A stretch of DNA of 64,000 nt from Planctomycetota bacterium. Its GTDB lineage: Bacteria > Planctomycetota > UBA1135 > UBA2386. Where the stretch lies: NCBI GenBank assembly GCA_965228735.1, contig OZ245838.1:6784001-6848000 (forward strand), in the 5' to 3' direction. Made by a program: the position numbers and the translations under genes. Numbering within the stretch: position 1 is the first letter of the stretch; each line of letters begins with the position of its first letter. Below, in pieces: positions 10,381 to 20,959 of this stretch. A model generated the notes under the pieces. The model made no database searches. It saw nothing but the letters and a program-made list of their open reading frames with translations, and was not told where the DNA came from.

Positions 10381-11538
10381 GTGACCGATCCAAGTCCAGG
10401 TCCGCTGAGCGAGCGCGTTCAGGCCATCGAGCCGAGCGGCATCCGCCGCATGTTCGAGCTCATGGCGTCGATGCAGGACCCGATCAACCTGTCGATCGGG
10501 CAACCGCACTACGAGGTGCCGCCGCTGCTCGCCGAAGCCGCGCAGCGCGCGATCCGTGACGGCCACAACCGCTACACGGTCACGCAGGGGCTGCCCGAGC
10601 TCAACGCGATCGTGCTCGATCGCACGGCGGAGATGCATGGCCGGCGCCCCGAGACGAGCCTGATCACGGCCGGCGTGTCCGGTGGACTCGTGCTGACGTT
10701 CCAGTCGATGCTCGACCCGGGGGACGAGATCCTGCTGCCCGACCCCGGGTTCGTGATGTATCGCCACCTCGCGACCACGTGCGGGGCGAAGGTGCGGTAC
10801 TACAGCCTCTACCCGGACCGGTCGGGCGAGCGCTTCCGCGTCGACCTCGACGAGATCGAACGGTTGTGCACGGAGCGCACGAAGATCGTGTTCGTGAACT
10901 CGCCGAGCAACCCGACGGGCGGCGTGCTCAGCAAGGCCGAGGTCGAGGGCATCTGCGCGATCGCCAACCGCCGCGGGCTCTACGTCGTCAGCGACGAGAT
11001 CTACGACTTCTTCACCTACATCGACGAGTACGTCTCGCCCGTGAGCTTCGCCGACCGTTGCATCCAGCTCGGTGGTTGGAGCAAGACGTATGCGGTGCCG
11101 GGCTGGCGCGTGGGGTGGGCGACGGGACCGGCCGAAGTGCTCGACGCGATGAAGACGCTGCAGCAGTTCTCGTTCGTCTGCACCCCAGCACCGTTCCAGA
11201 AGGCGCTCGTCGAGGCGATGCCGCAGCTCGACATGACGCCGTATCGCGCGGACTACATCCAAAAGCGCGGTCGCCTCACCGAGACGCTGCATCCAGCCTA
11301 CAAGCTGCGTGCGCCGGACGGTTCGTTCTACGCGTTCCCCGAGCTGCCGCTCGCGCCGGGCGGCAAGCACACGAGCGGCGACTTCCTCGACGCGGCGATC
11401 GAGAACAATCTGCTCGTCGTGCTCGGCAGGACGTTCTCGGCGCGCGACACCCACTTCCGGCTCTCGTTCGCCGCCGACGACGAGACGCTCGATCGCGGCA
11501 TCGCGGTGCTCAACCAACTCGCCGAGCGGTTCGCCTGA
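10381..11538 (+). CDS. PLP-dependent aminotransferase class I/II
   Basis: INLSIGQP, NSPSNPTG, SDEIY and WSKTYAVPGWRVG motifs. Confidence 0.93.
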   Translation: MTDPSPGPLSERVQAIEPSGIRRMFELMASMQDPINLSIGQPHYEVPPLLAEAAQRAIRDGHNRYTVTQGLPELNAIVLDRTAEMHGRRPETSLITAGVSGGLVLTFQSMLDPGDEILLPDPGFVMYRHLATTCGAKVRYYSLYPDRSGERFRVDLDEIERLCTERTKIVFVNSPSNPTGGVLSKAEVEGICAIANRRGLYVVSDEIYDFFTYIDEYVSPVSFADRCIQLGGWSKTYAVPGWRVGWATGPAEVLDAMKTLQQFSFVCTPAPFQKALVEAMPQLDMTPYRADYIQKRGRLTETLHPAYKLRAPDGSFYAFPELPLAPGGKHTSGDFLDAAIENNLLVVLGRTFSARDTHFRLSFAADDETLDRGIAVLNQLAERFA

Positions 11539-11581
11539 TCCCGGACCCGATCGACCCCGGACCCGATTCGCCGAGCCTCCC

Positions 11582-12370
11582 ATGACCGCCGGTCCGACCA
11601 CCCGCGCCCGGGCGCCCGTCGTCGAGATCTTCGCCTCCCTGCAGGGTGAAGGCCGCTTCGTCGGCCGACCGACCGTGTTCGTTCGCACCGCGACGTGTCC
11701 GCTGCGGTGCCTCTACTGCGACACGCCGGAGAGCTACACGGCGCCCGCGAACGCCGCGGTGACCGTCGCCGGCGAGGTTGGCGACGAGCCCAACCCGATG
11801 ACCGCGGCGCGGGTGGTCGAGCTCGCGGAACTCGCCGGGCACGAGCCGATCGTGAGCCTCACTGGCGGCGAACCGCTCGTGTTTCCCGAGTTCGCCCACG
11901 ACCTCGGCATGGGGTTGCACGACCGCGGTGTCCGCCTGCACCTCGAGACGGCGGCGGTCCACCCCGAAGCGCTCGAGCGGTGCATCGACGTGATCGATCA
12001 CGTGAGCGCCGACTACAAGTTGCCCGAGACGCTCGGCGCGCCGAACGGTGATCCCGAGTTCGGGCCCGATGGGGACTACGCGGACCGCCACGTGCAGTGC
12101 TACGAGATCGCGGCGCGCGCCGGGGTGTCGCTCGACGTCAAGCTCGTGCTGACGCCCGAGTGCACGCCGGCGTCGTTCGAGCGGGCGCTGGCCCGGCTCG
12201 AGCCGTTGCGGCCGGCGCTCACGCTCATCCTGCAGCCGGTGACGCCGTTCGGCGCCGTTCGCTCGCGGGTCTCCTCCGAGTCGCTGCGCGAGTTCGTTGC
12301 GGCGGCGCAGCGCCAGAACTTCCAGTTCCGCGTGTTGCCGCAGGTGCACAAGCTGCTTGGCCTCCCGTAG
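11582..12370 (+). CDS. queE: 7-carboxy-7-deazaguanine synthase (radical SAM)
   Basis: EIFASLQGEG, CPLRCLYCDT, SLTGGEPL, HLET and PQVHKLLG. Confidence 0.9.
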   Translation: MTAGPTTRARAPVVEIFASLQGEGRFVGRPTVFVRTATCPLRCLYCDTPESYTAPANAAVTVAGEVGDEPNPMTAARVVELAELAGHEPIVSLTGGEPLVFPEFAHDLGMGLHDRGVRLHLETAAVHPEALERCIDVIDHVSADYKLPETLGAPNGDPEFGPDGDYADRHVQCYEIAARAGVSLDVKLVLTPECTPASFERALARLEPLRPALTLILQPVTPFGAVRSRVSSESLREFVAAAQRQNFQFRVLPQVHKLLGLP

Positions 12371-12539
12371 CGCGTCCGTCGCACGGGCACGATCGGCGCG
12401 GCGCGATGGCGGCGAGGGGCGGCCGGCGTAGCGTCCCATATCGGGAGTCCGCGGCCCGGCGCGGAGTTCGGGTCCCGTGCCGCTCGTTACTCCGGCTCGA
12501 GGGCCGACTATCCCTTCGGTCCCGACCTCCCGATCCTCG

Positions 12540-14144
12540 ATGATCGCCCTGCCAATGCCTGACCGTCTCCGCCAGCGTGCGTTGCCGCAGTTTCTGCTGC
12601 TCGCGATCGCCGTCGTCGGCTCGCTGCCGCTCTCGGCCCAAGGGCCGGTGTATCGTGAGCGCTGGGGCTATATGCACCTCGAGCGCCGCCGCGCGCAGTT
12701 GTTCGACGAACTCGAGGAGTGCGACGTCAAGGTCCGGCGCCGGGTCACCGAGATCTTCGCGCGGCCCTACGACGGTCGGCCGTTCCTGCCCGTCGCCGAA
12801 GCGCTCGCGCTCGCGCGTGGCGTCGAGGCGGACGCGGCGTTCATCCTGCGCACCGCGCTCGCGGTGTTCCTGCTGCCGGAGATCGTCGATCCCGAATCGA
12901 CCAACGAGCAGTGTCAGTCGCTCAACGCGTCGCTGTATCTGCCGTTCTCCGTCGAGTCGCCGGGCGAGCTCGCGTTCGTGGCCACGGTGCACGACGGCAA
13001 GGGCGAGAAGCTGTTCGAGCAGGTCGTGACGAAGAACGCCGACATCAACGGCCTGCGGCGCGCGCGGCCCGCGGTGATCGTGCCCGGCGCGGACCTGCCG
13101 AACGGGACGTTCACGTTGACCGTGCGCACGCTCGTCGACGGCGTCGAGCCGACCGCGAAGGATCCGGTCCTGCGGCATCGATTCCACGTGCTGCGCGGCT
13201 ACCAGAAGCGCGCCGAGGCCGCGATGACGCGGACGCGCGAAGTGCACTCGGAGCTGCCGGCGCGGGAACGCGGCCTGTTGCTCGGGCTCACGGCCGAGGT
13301 GTCGCGGGCGTATCAGGGCGTCGCGTTCCCCGGTGAGAGTCCGGCCTGGCTCGATCTCGAACGCACGGAGCGGGCCCTCGCGAACCTTTCGGCCGGCAAG
13401 CACGTGCTGCACGGCATGACGGGCGACGTGCCGATCCAGCTGCCGGTCGGCGACGATGGCGACGGTGACGCAGGCAGCAACGGTCCGCCGCTCGCGGCCC
13501 TGTTGCGGATCCACGCCGGCAATCGGTTCGCGGCGGATCCGCAGGCCGAACGCGAGGCCCGGCCGCTCGCCGTGATCGTCGCCGGGTTGCCGACGTTGGA
13601 CGCGGCTTCCGTCCGGCCGTCGTCGCCGCCGACCGGGCTGCCGCGGTCGACCGCGCTCGCGCTCCCCGACCTCGGTGCCGAGGCCGGCGACGGGTTCGAC
13701 GTCGCGTTCCTCGAGTCGCCCGGTGGCGGCCGCGACTACTTCCGGGCGCTGCCGGCCGCCCTCGCGGAGCTGCGCGGGATCCTCGGTTCGAGCGATCGGC
13801 CCGTCGTGCTGATCGCCGAGCGCGAGGCCGCGACCGTCGCGGGCCTCGCCATCGCGCGACTCGACGAAATCGTCGATGGGGTGCTGCTGATCGGATCGGG
13901 CGGCCTGCCCGGCAATGCGATCGACGCGCTCGACGATCTCACGGTCGGCTATGCCGTGCTCGGGGGCTACCCGGCGACCGATGCGATCGATAGCACGCTG
14001 CGCTACGTCGAGCTGCAGCGGAAGGCCGGAAAAGAACGCGCCGTCACCAAGGTCGCGTCCGATCGGCCCGCGTGGCCGTTCGCGCTCGCGGGTCACCGCG
14101 CGACGATCGCGGGCTTCGTCGCGCGCGTCGTCGGCGGGCGGTAG
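12540..14144 (+). CDS. Secreted hypothetical protein with a degenerate alpha/beta-hydrolase-like C-terminus
   Basis: Signal peptide ending LSAQ; strong codon bias; the fold assignment is tentative. Confidence 0.55.
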   Translation: MIALPMPDRLRQRALPQFLLLAIAVVGSLPLSAQGPVYRERWGYMHLERRRAQLFDELEECDVKVRRRVTEIFARPYDGRPFLPVAEALALARGVEADAAFILRTALAVFLLPEIVDPESTNEQCQSLNASLYLPFSVESPGELAFVATVHDGKGEKLFEQVVTKNADINGLRRARPAVIVPGADLPNGTFTLTVRTLVDGVEPTAKDPVLRHRFHVLRGYQKRAEAAMTRTREVHSELPARERGLLLGLTAEVSRAYQGVAFPGESPAWLDLERTERALANLSAGKHVLHGMTGDVPIQLPVGDDGDGDAGSNGPPLAALLRIHAGNRFAADPQAEREARPLAVIVAGLPTLDAASVRPSSPPTGLPRSTALALPDLGAEAGDGFDVAFLESPGGGRDYFRALPAALAELRGILGSSDRPVVLIAEREAATVAGLAIARLDEIVDGVLLIGSGGLPGNAIDALDDLTVGYAVLGGYPATDAIDSTLRYVELQRKAGKERAVTKVASDRPAWPFALAGHRATIAGFVARVVGGR

Positions 14145-14159
14145 GGAACCTCTACGCCA

Positions 14160-14648
14160 CTAGAACTCGGCGGTGTCGTCCGGCAGGTGCCGGCGCACGA
14201 TTGCGACGAGGTCGCGCGGCTTCACCGGTTTCTCGATCCAGTCGCCGGGCAGCAGGTCGCTGTCCGACAGGTTGGCGGCGGCCTGGCTGTTGCCCGACAC
14301 CACGATGATGGGTAGCGCGGTGTGGCCGTTCTTGCGCAACCGGCGGATGACGTCCGGGCCGGACACCGTCGGCAGGTTCATGTCGAGAACGACCGCGGTC
14401 GGCACGCGCTGGTCGAGACGGTTGAGCGCCTGCAGGCCGTCGCTCGCGACTTCGACTTCGTGCCCGTCGCGCGCGAGCGCGCGGGCGAACACCTCGGCCG
14501 TGAGCGGTTCGTCCTCGACGATGAGGATGCGGGTCGTGCGCTCGACGCACTCCGGCACGCGAACGGACTGGGTCTGCGGCCGTTCGTCGGCGCCCGATCG
14601 CGAGCGTCGATTCGGCTGGGTGGCCGGTTTGGGCGGGGTGAGGATCAT
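14160..14648 (-). CDS. Stand-alone response regulator (receiver domain)
   Basis: ILIVEDE, VVLDMNLP, IIVVSG and EKP motifs. Confidence 0.9.
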   Translation of the reverse strand: MILTPPKPATQPNRRSRSGADERPQTQSVRVPECVERTTRILIVEDEPLTAEVFARALARDGHEVEVASDGLQALNRLDQRVPTAVVLDMNLPTVSGPDVIRRLRKNGHTALPIIVVSGNSQAAANLSDSDLLPGDWIEKPVKPRDLVAIVRRHLPDDTAEF

Positions 14649-14722
14649 AGGCTGCTCCGCCGGTCCTATCGGCGGCAGCGGGCCTCGGAGTTAGCGATTC
14701 GGTAGTGCGGGATTCGCCCGGG

Positions 14723-15343
14723 TCAGCGCGTCGACCGCGCGCAGAGCACGAGCGTCTGGTCGCTGACGAAGCGCCGGAGCGGTGCGAACGCCAGGGCGGT
14801 GAGGCCGGCGGCCGCGAGGTCGCTCAGCAGTTCCGCCCGCCGGATCGCGGATCGGCCCGACCGGCGCTTGCCGAGCACCCGTCGCACGCGGCGGCGCAGG
14901 TGTTGCAGACTGCGCGCATCGAAGAAGGACACGACGATCGGGCCGTTCGTGACCCGCGCGAGCTCGCGCAGGATGTCGATTCGTTCGACACCTGTCGGAA
15001 TGTGCTGCAGCAGCCGATGGCACAGAGCGCCCGCGAACGCGTCATCGCGGAACGGCAGCGCGTGCACGCTCGCGCACGCGCGCGGCAGCTCGGCCGCGGC
15101 AGCGCGCACCATCTCCGGGTCACGGTCGACGAGCACGCCGGGGCCCGGCAGCTCGTTCGTCATGCGGCCGGCACCGCTCGGCGCGTCGAGCCACGGCCCC
15201 TCGCGATACTCGGCCTGGGCCAGCAGCCGCCGCAGCGCGTCCCGTTCGCGGCGATCCGTGCCGGCGCCGCTGCCGGTCTGGAACCGCCGGTCGCGGTAGC
15301 GCACGGCGTAGCCGGCCTCGCGTTCGTAGGGGGTCTCGGGCAC
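14723..15343 (-). CDS. Class I SAM-dependent methyltransferase
   Basis: WLDAPSGAGR, LPFRDDAFAGALCHRLLQH and ELARV. Confidence 0.8.
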   Translation of the reverse strand: MPETPYEREAGYAVRYRDRRFQTGSGAGTDRRERDALRRLLAQAEYREGPWLDAPSGAGRMTNELPGPGVLVDRDPEMVRAAAAELPRACASVHALPFRDDAFAGALCHRLLQHIPTGVERIDILRELARVTNGPIVVSFFDARSLQHLRRRVRRVLGKRRSGRSAIRRAELLSDLAAAGLTALAFAPLRRFVSDQTLVLCARSTR

Positions 15344-15416
15344 GGCCGGACCATACCGCGCAGGTCCCGTTCAGTCGCTCTGCGGAAATGCCGATGCCGT
15401 GGGAGAGGTAGTTGGC

Positions 15417-15710
15417 ATGAGCGACCCGAAGCAGAATACGAACGCCACGTCCGCGGACCTGCGGGAGTTCGAGCGCGTCGACTTCGCGCAGCCGGTGAGC
15501 CTGCAGATCGACGGCGCGATCGCGGGCACGGGCGAGAACATCAGCCTGCAGGGCGTCTACTTCACGACGGCCCAACCCGTCGCGGTGCAGGTCAAGATCG
15601 AGGACGGCTCGGTCGTGCAGGGTGAACTCGTGCGCGCCGAATCGCTCGGCGACGGCCGCGTCGGCATCGCGGTCCGCTTCGCCGAGCCGGTCGCCGGTCT
15701 GGTCGACTGA
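15417..15710 (+). CDS. PilZ domain protein
   Basis: RxxxR (REFER) and NISLQG motifs; ends with GIAVRF. Confidence 0.8.
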   Translation: MSDPKQNTNATSADLREFERVDFAQPVSLQIDGAIAGTGENISLQGVYFTTAQPVAVQVKIEDGSVVQGELVRAESLGDGRVGIAVRFAEPVAGLVD

Positions 15711-15738
15711 TCCCCGGCCGCGGGCTACCATCGCGCTC

Positions 15739-16230
15739 ATGAACCTGCGCGATCAGTTCAAGAAGGCCAAGATCATCTCGGACAAGGACCAAAAACGCCT
15801 GGCCCACGAGGCCCGCGTCGAACGTTCGAAGAAGGGTCACAAGCAGATCGAGCAGGAGCAGCAGCAGCGCAAGGGCGAGGTCGAGCAGCTGCAGAAGCAG
15901 GACCGCGAGCGCACGCGTCGCGAGCAGGAGCGCCTCGACAAGGAGCGCAAGGCGCGCGAAGAACGTACCGCGGCCCTCGCGCTGCTCCAGGAAGCGAAGA
16001 AGCCCGGCCCGGGCGCGGTGAAGTTCTACTTCGCGACCGCCGACGGCGCGCTGCCGTGGCTCGAGCTCTCGCCGCGCGAAGCGCAAGAGGTGCGCGCGGG
16101 CGCGCTGTGCGTCATGCGCACGGGCCCGGGCAGCTCACACGTCTACGGCCTGCTCGGCGTCGAGCAGGCGCGCCGCGTCGCGAAGCAGGTGCCCGAGGCG
16201 GTCGCGTTCGCGCCAAAGGGCGTGCTGTAG
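15739..16230 (+). CDS. DUF2058-like protein
   Basis: MNLRDQFKKAKII N-terminus, charged coiled coil, then FYF. Confidence 0.65.
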   Translation: MNLRDQFKKAKIISDKDQKRLAHEARVERSKKGHKQIEQEQQQRKGEVEQLQKQDRERTRREQERLDKERKAREERTAALALLQEAKKPGPGAVKFYFATADGALPWLELSPREAQEVRAGALCVMRTGPGSSHVYGLLGVEQARRVAKQVPEAVAFAPKGVL

Positions 16231-16385
16231 CTGGCGGCACCGAACCCGTTTCGAATCCGCCACCCCGAATCCGCCACCCGGGCTCACCCGCGAGCGCGGC
16301 CGCCAGCGCCGGTAGGGGGCCCGGTAGGGGGCCCAGTAGGGGACAATGGTGTGTGGCGGTTTCGAAACGGGTTCGGTACCGCCAC
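16231..16385. repeat. Inverted doublet of REP-like family B repeats (REPIN-like)
   Basis: 16231-16263 CTGGCGGCACCGAACCCGTTTCGAATCCGCCAC and 16353-16385 GTGGCGGTTTCGAAACGGGTTCGGTACCGCCAC in opposite orientation; spacer holds CCGGTAGGGGGC tandem units; lies between convergent genes. Confidence 0.92.
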
Positions 16386-16398
16386 CTGATCGCTGGGG

Positions 16399-18489
<2,091 letters not shown>

Positions 18490-18576
18490 GGCGGGATCTT
18501 GCCCGTCGGATCCGGGGGTTGCCACCGCTGCTTCCGCTTGCGCCCCGGGCGTGGGGACGGCATACTCCTGGCCTTG

Positions 18577-18593
18577 TTGAGACCCGGTCTCAA
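18577..18593. promoter_or_regulatory. Palindromic operator upstream of feoAB (Fur-box-like)
   Basis: TTGAGACC-C-GGTCTCAA is a perfect 8-1-8 palindrome in the pnp/feoA divergent intergenic region. Confidence 0.55.
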
Positions 18594-18637
18594 GAGTAAG
18601 GCCGCCGGTCGAACTCGGGCCACCAATCCAGAATCCC

Positions 18638-18955
18638 GTGAACGTGCACTCCCGATCCCAGCTCGAGCCCGCCGGCGTGGCGGACGCAGTCAGTGCCAGC
18701 CCGCTGCCCCGTGCGCGCCGGCGCGACACCGTCGTGGTGACCGAAGTGCTCGGCGGTGACGCGCTCGCGGACCGACTCGCGGCGTCCGGGTTCTGGCCCG
18801 GCGCGGAGGTCGTCGTGCTCGGCGCCGCGCCGCTCGGGGATCCGTTGCTCGTGGCGTTGCACGGCTACCGCGTGGCGCTGCGGCGCGGCGAGGCCGAGCG
18901 CGTTCTCGTGCGACCGGCCGCCGCCACCAACGACTCCGGTGGGGCACCCGCGTGA
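18638..18955 (+). CDS. feoA: Ferrous iron transport protein A
   Basis: RLAASGFWPGAEV...APLGDPLLV...VALRRGEA; overlaps the feoB start. Confidence 0.88.
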   Translation: MNVHSRSQLEPAGVADAVSASPLPRARRRDTVVVTEVLGGDALADRLAASGFWPGAEVVVLGAAPLGDPLLVALHGYRVALRRGEAERVLVRPAAATNDSGGAPA

Positions 18956-20955
18956 CCGACGCTCCCGCCGCTGCCAGCAAGCCCCGGGTCGTTGCGATCG
19001 TCGGACGCGCCAACGTCGGCAAGACCTCGGTCACGATGTTGCTGTCCGGCGCCGTGATGCGGCCGGTGAACTTCCCCGGCACGTCGGTCGAACGCGTCGA
19101 GGTGCCGCTGCGCCACGCGGACGTCGACCTGCAGCTCGTCGACTTGCCAGGGATCGCCGCGCTCGATGCGGCGAGCCCCGACGAGCAGGTCGCCGTCGAC
19201 TATCTGCGCGGCCGGAATCAGCGCGGCCAGAGTCGGCCCGATCAGGGTCCGCCTGATCAGGGGCCGGGCGACGCGACGACCACCGCGCCGGACGTGCTCT
19301 GCGCCGTGCTCGACGCGACCAAGCTGCCCGTCGAACTGCGCCTGCTGCAGCAGCTCCGCGAGCTCGGCAGGCCGCTCGTCGTCGCGCTCACCAAGACCGA
19401 CCTCGCGGCGGCCGAGAACAATCCGGTCGACGCCGACCGGCTGCAGCGCGCCCTCGGTCTGCCGCTCGTCGTCGTCGACGGTCGCACGGGCCAGGGTGTG
19501 GCCGGGTTGCGCGATCTGCTCGCGAGCGACGCGGCGCTCGAGCTCCCGACCCGGCCGGCCACGGCCGAGGCGGAGCCCAGCACCGCGGCCCGCACGTTCG
19601 GGCAGTCGCCGCGGCAGCGCACGCGCTCCGACAAGATCGACGCGTTCCTGCTGCACCCGGTCCTCGGTCCGCTCGTGCTCGTCGCGGTGCTGCTCGCCGC
19701 GTTCCAGACCGTGTTCTTCGTCGCCGAGCCGTTCATGGCCTTTGTCGAGACCGGCCAGGGCTACGTCGTCGATTGGCTCGAGGGCGCGCTGTCGCCCGGC
19801 TGGCTGCAGAGCTTCCTCGTGGACGGGATCGTCAGCGGGCTCGGCACCGTGCTCTTGTTCGTGCCGCAGATCGCGCTGCTCATCGCGCTCGTCGGCATCC
19901 TCGAAGCCTCGGGCTACATGGCGCGCGCCGTGTTCCTGCTCGACCGCCTGCTGCGCAAGGTCGGCCTCACGGGCAAGAGCTTCGTGCCGCTGTCGAGCAG
20001 CTTCGCGTGCGCGATCCCCGCGATCATGGCGACGCGCATCATCACGGACGAACGCGACCGGCTCGCGACGATCGCGGTCGCGCCGCTGATGTCGTGCTCG
20101 GCGCGGCTGCCCGTCTACGTCGTGCTGCTCGCCGCGTTCTTCCCGGCGCACCAGGCCGGCCTGCTGCTCTTCCTGCTGTATCTGCTCGGCATCATCGCCG
20201 CGTTCGTCGTCGCGTTCCTGCTGCGGAGGACGATGCTCAAAGGCGGCGCGTCGATCCTCGCGATGGAGATGCCGGCGTATCACATGCCGCGAATGCGGCT
20301 GCTCGGGCGGCACGTCTGGGGTTCGGTCCGCGAGTTCCTGCGCACCGCCGGCACGGTGATCCTCGCCGCGACCGTGATCGTCTGGCTGCTCGGCTACTTC
20401 CCGCGGCCCGCCGAGATCGGACAGCGCTTCGACGAGCAGCGCGCGGCCGCGCCGGCCGGCGAGGCGGGTGACGAATTGCGGGCCCAGCTCGACGCGCAGG
20501 AGTCGGCCGCGTATCTCGAACAGAGCTACCTGGCCTCGATCGGCCGCACCGTGCAGCCGGTCTTCGCGCCCGCGGGCTTCGACTGGCGCATGACGGTCGG
20601 CATCCTCGCCGCGTTCCCCGCGCGCGAGCTCGTCGTCCCGACGCTCGGCACGCTCTACAGCCTCGGCGACGTCGAGGCCGAGACCGACGCGAGCTCGGAG
20701 TCCGTGGCGCGCCTGCGCACCGCGATGCGGGCCAGCAAGAACGAGGACGGCACGCCCGCGATGTCGGGCCTCGTCGCGCTCGCGGCGATGGCGTTCTTCG
20801 CGCTGTGCAGCCAGTGCGCGTCGACGTTGGCCGCGATCCGCCGCGAGACGCACGGCTGGTTCTGGCCGGTGTTCACGTTCTGCTACATGACCGGCCTGGC
20901 GTGGGTGGTCGCCGTGGGGATCTTCCAGATCGGTCGATTGCTCGGGTTCGGGTAA
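18952..20955 (+). CDS. feoB: Ferrous iron transport protein B
   Basis: GRANVGKT, NFPGTSVE, DLPG, EASGYMAR, FACAIPAIM, MSCSARLPVY and GFDWR. Confidence 0.95.
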   Translation: MTDAPAAASKPRVVAIVGRANVGKTSVTMLLSGAVMRPVNFPGTSVERVEVPLRHADVDLQLVDLPGIAALDAASPDEQVAVDYLRGRNQRGQSRPDQGPPDQGPGDATTTAPDVLCAVLDATKLPVELRLLQQLRELGRPLVVALTKTDLAAAENNPVDADRLQRALGLPLVVVDGRTGQGVAGLRDLLASDAALELPTRPATAEAEPSTAARTFGQSPRQRTRSDKIDAFLLHPVLGPLVLVAVLLAAFQTVFFVAEPFMAFVETGQGYVVDWLEGALSPGWLQSFLVDGIVSGLGTVLLFVPQIALLIALVGILEASGYMARAVFLLDRLLRKVGLTGKSFVPLSSSFACAIPAIMATRIITDERDRLATIAVAPLMSCSARLPVYVVLLAAFFPAHQAGLLLFLLYLLGIIAAFVVAFLLRRTMLKGGASILAMEMPAYHMPRMRLLGRHVWGSVREFLRTAGTVILAATVIVWLLGYFPRPAEIGQRFDEQRAAAPAGEAGDELRAQLDAQESAAYLEQSYLASIGRTVQPVFAPAGFDWRMTVGILAAFPARELVVPTLGTLYSLGDVEAETDASSESVARLRTAMRASKNEDGTPAMSGLVALAAMAFFALCSQCASTLAAIRRETHGWFWPVFTFCYMTGLAWVVAVGIFQIGRLLGFG

Positions 20956-20959
20956 GCCG

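Noticed and set aside
16231..16385. Family B repeats as a CRISPR array
   Set aside because: Copies are dispersed and inverted rather than regularly spaced direct repeats, and no cas genes are present.
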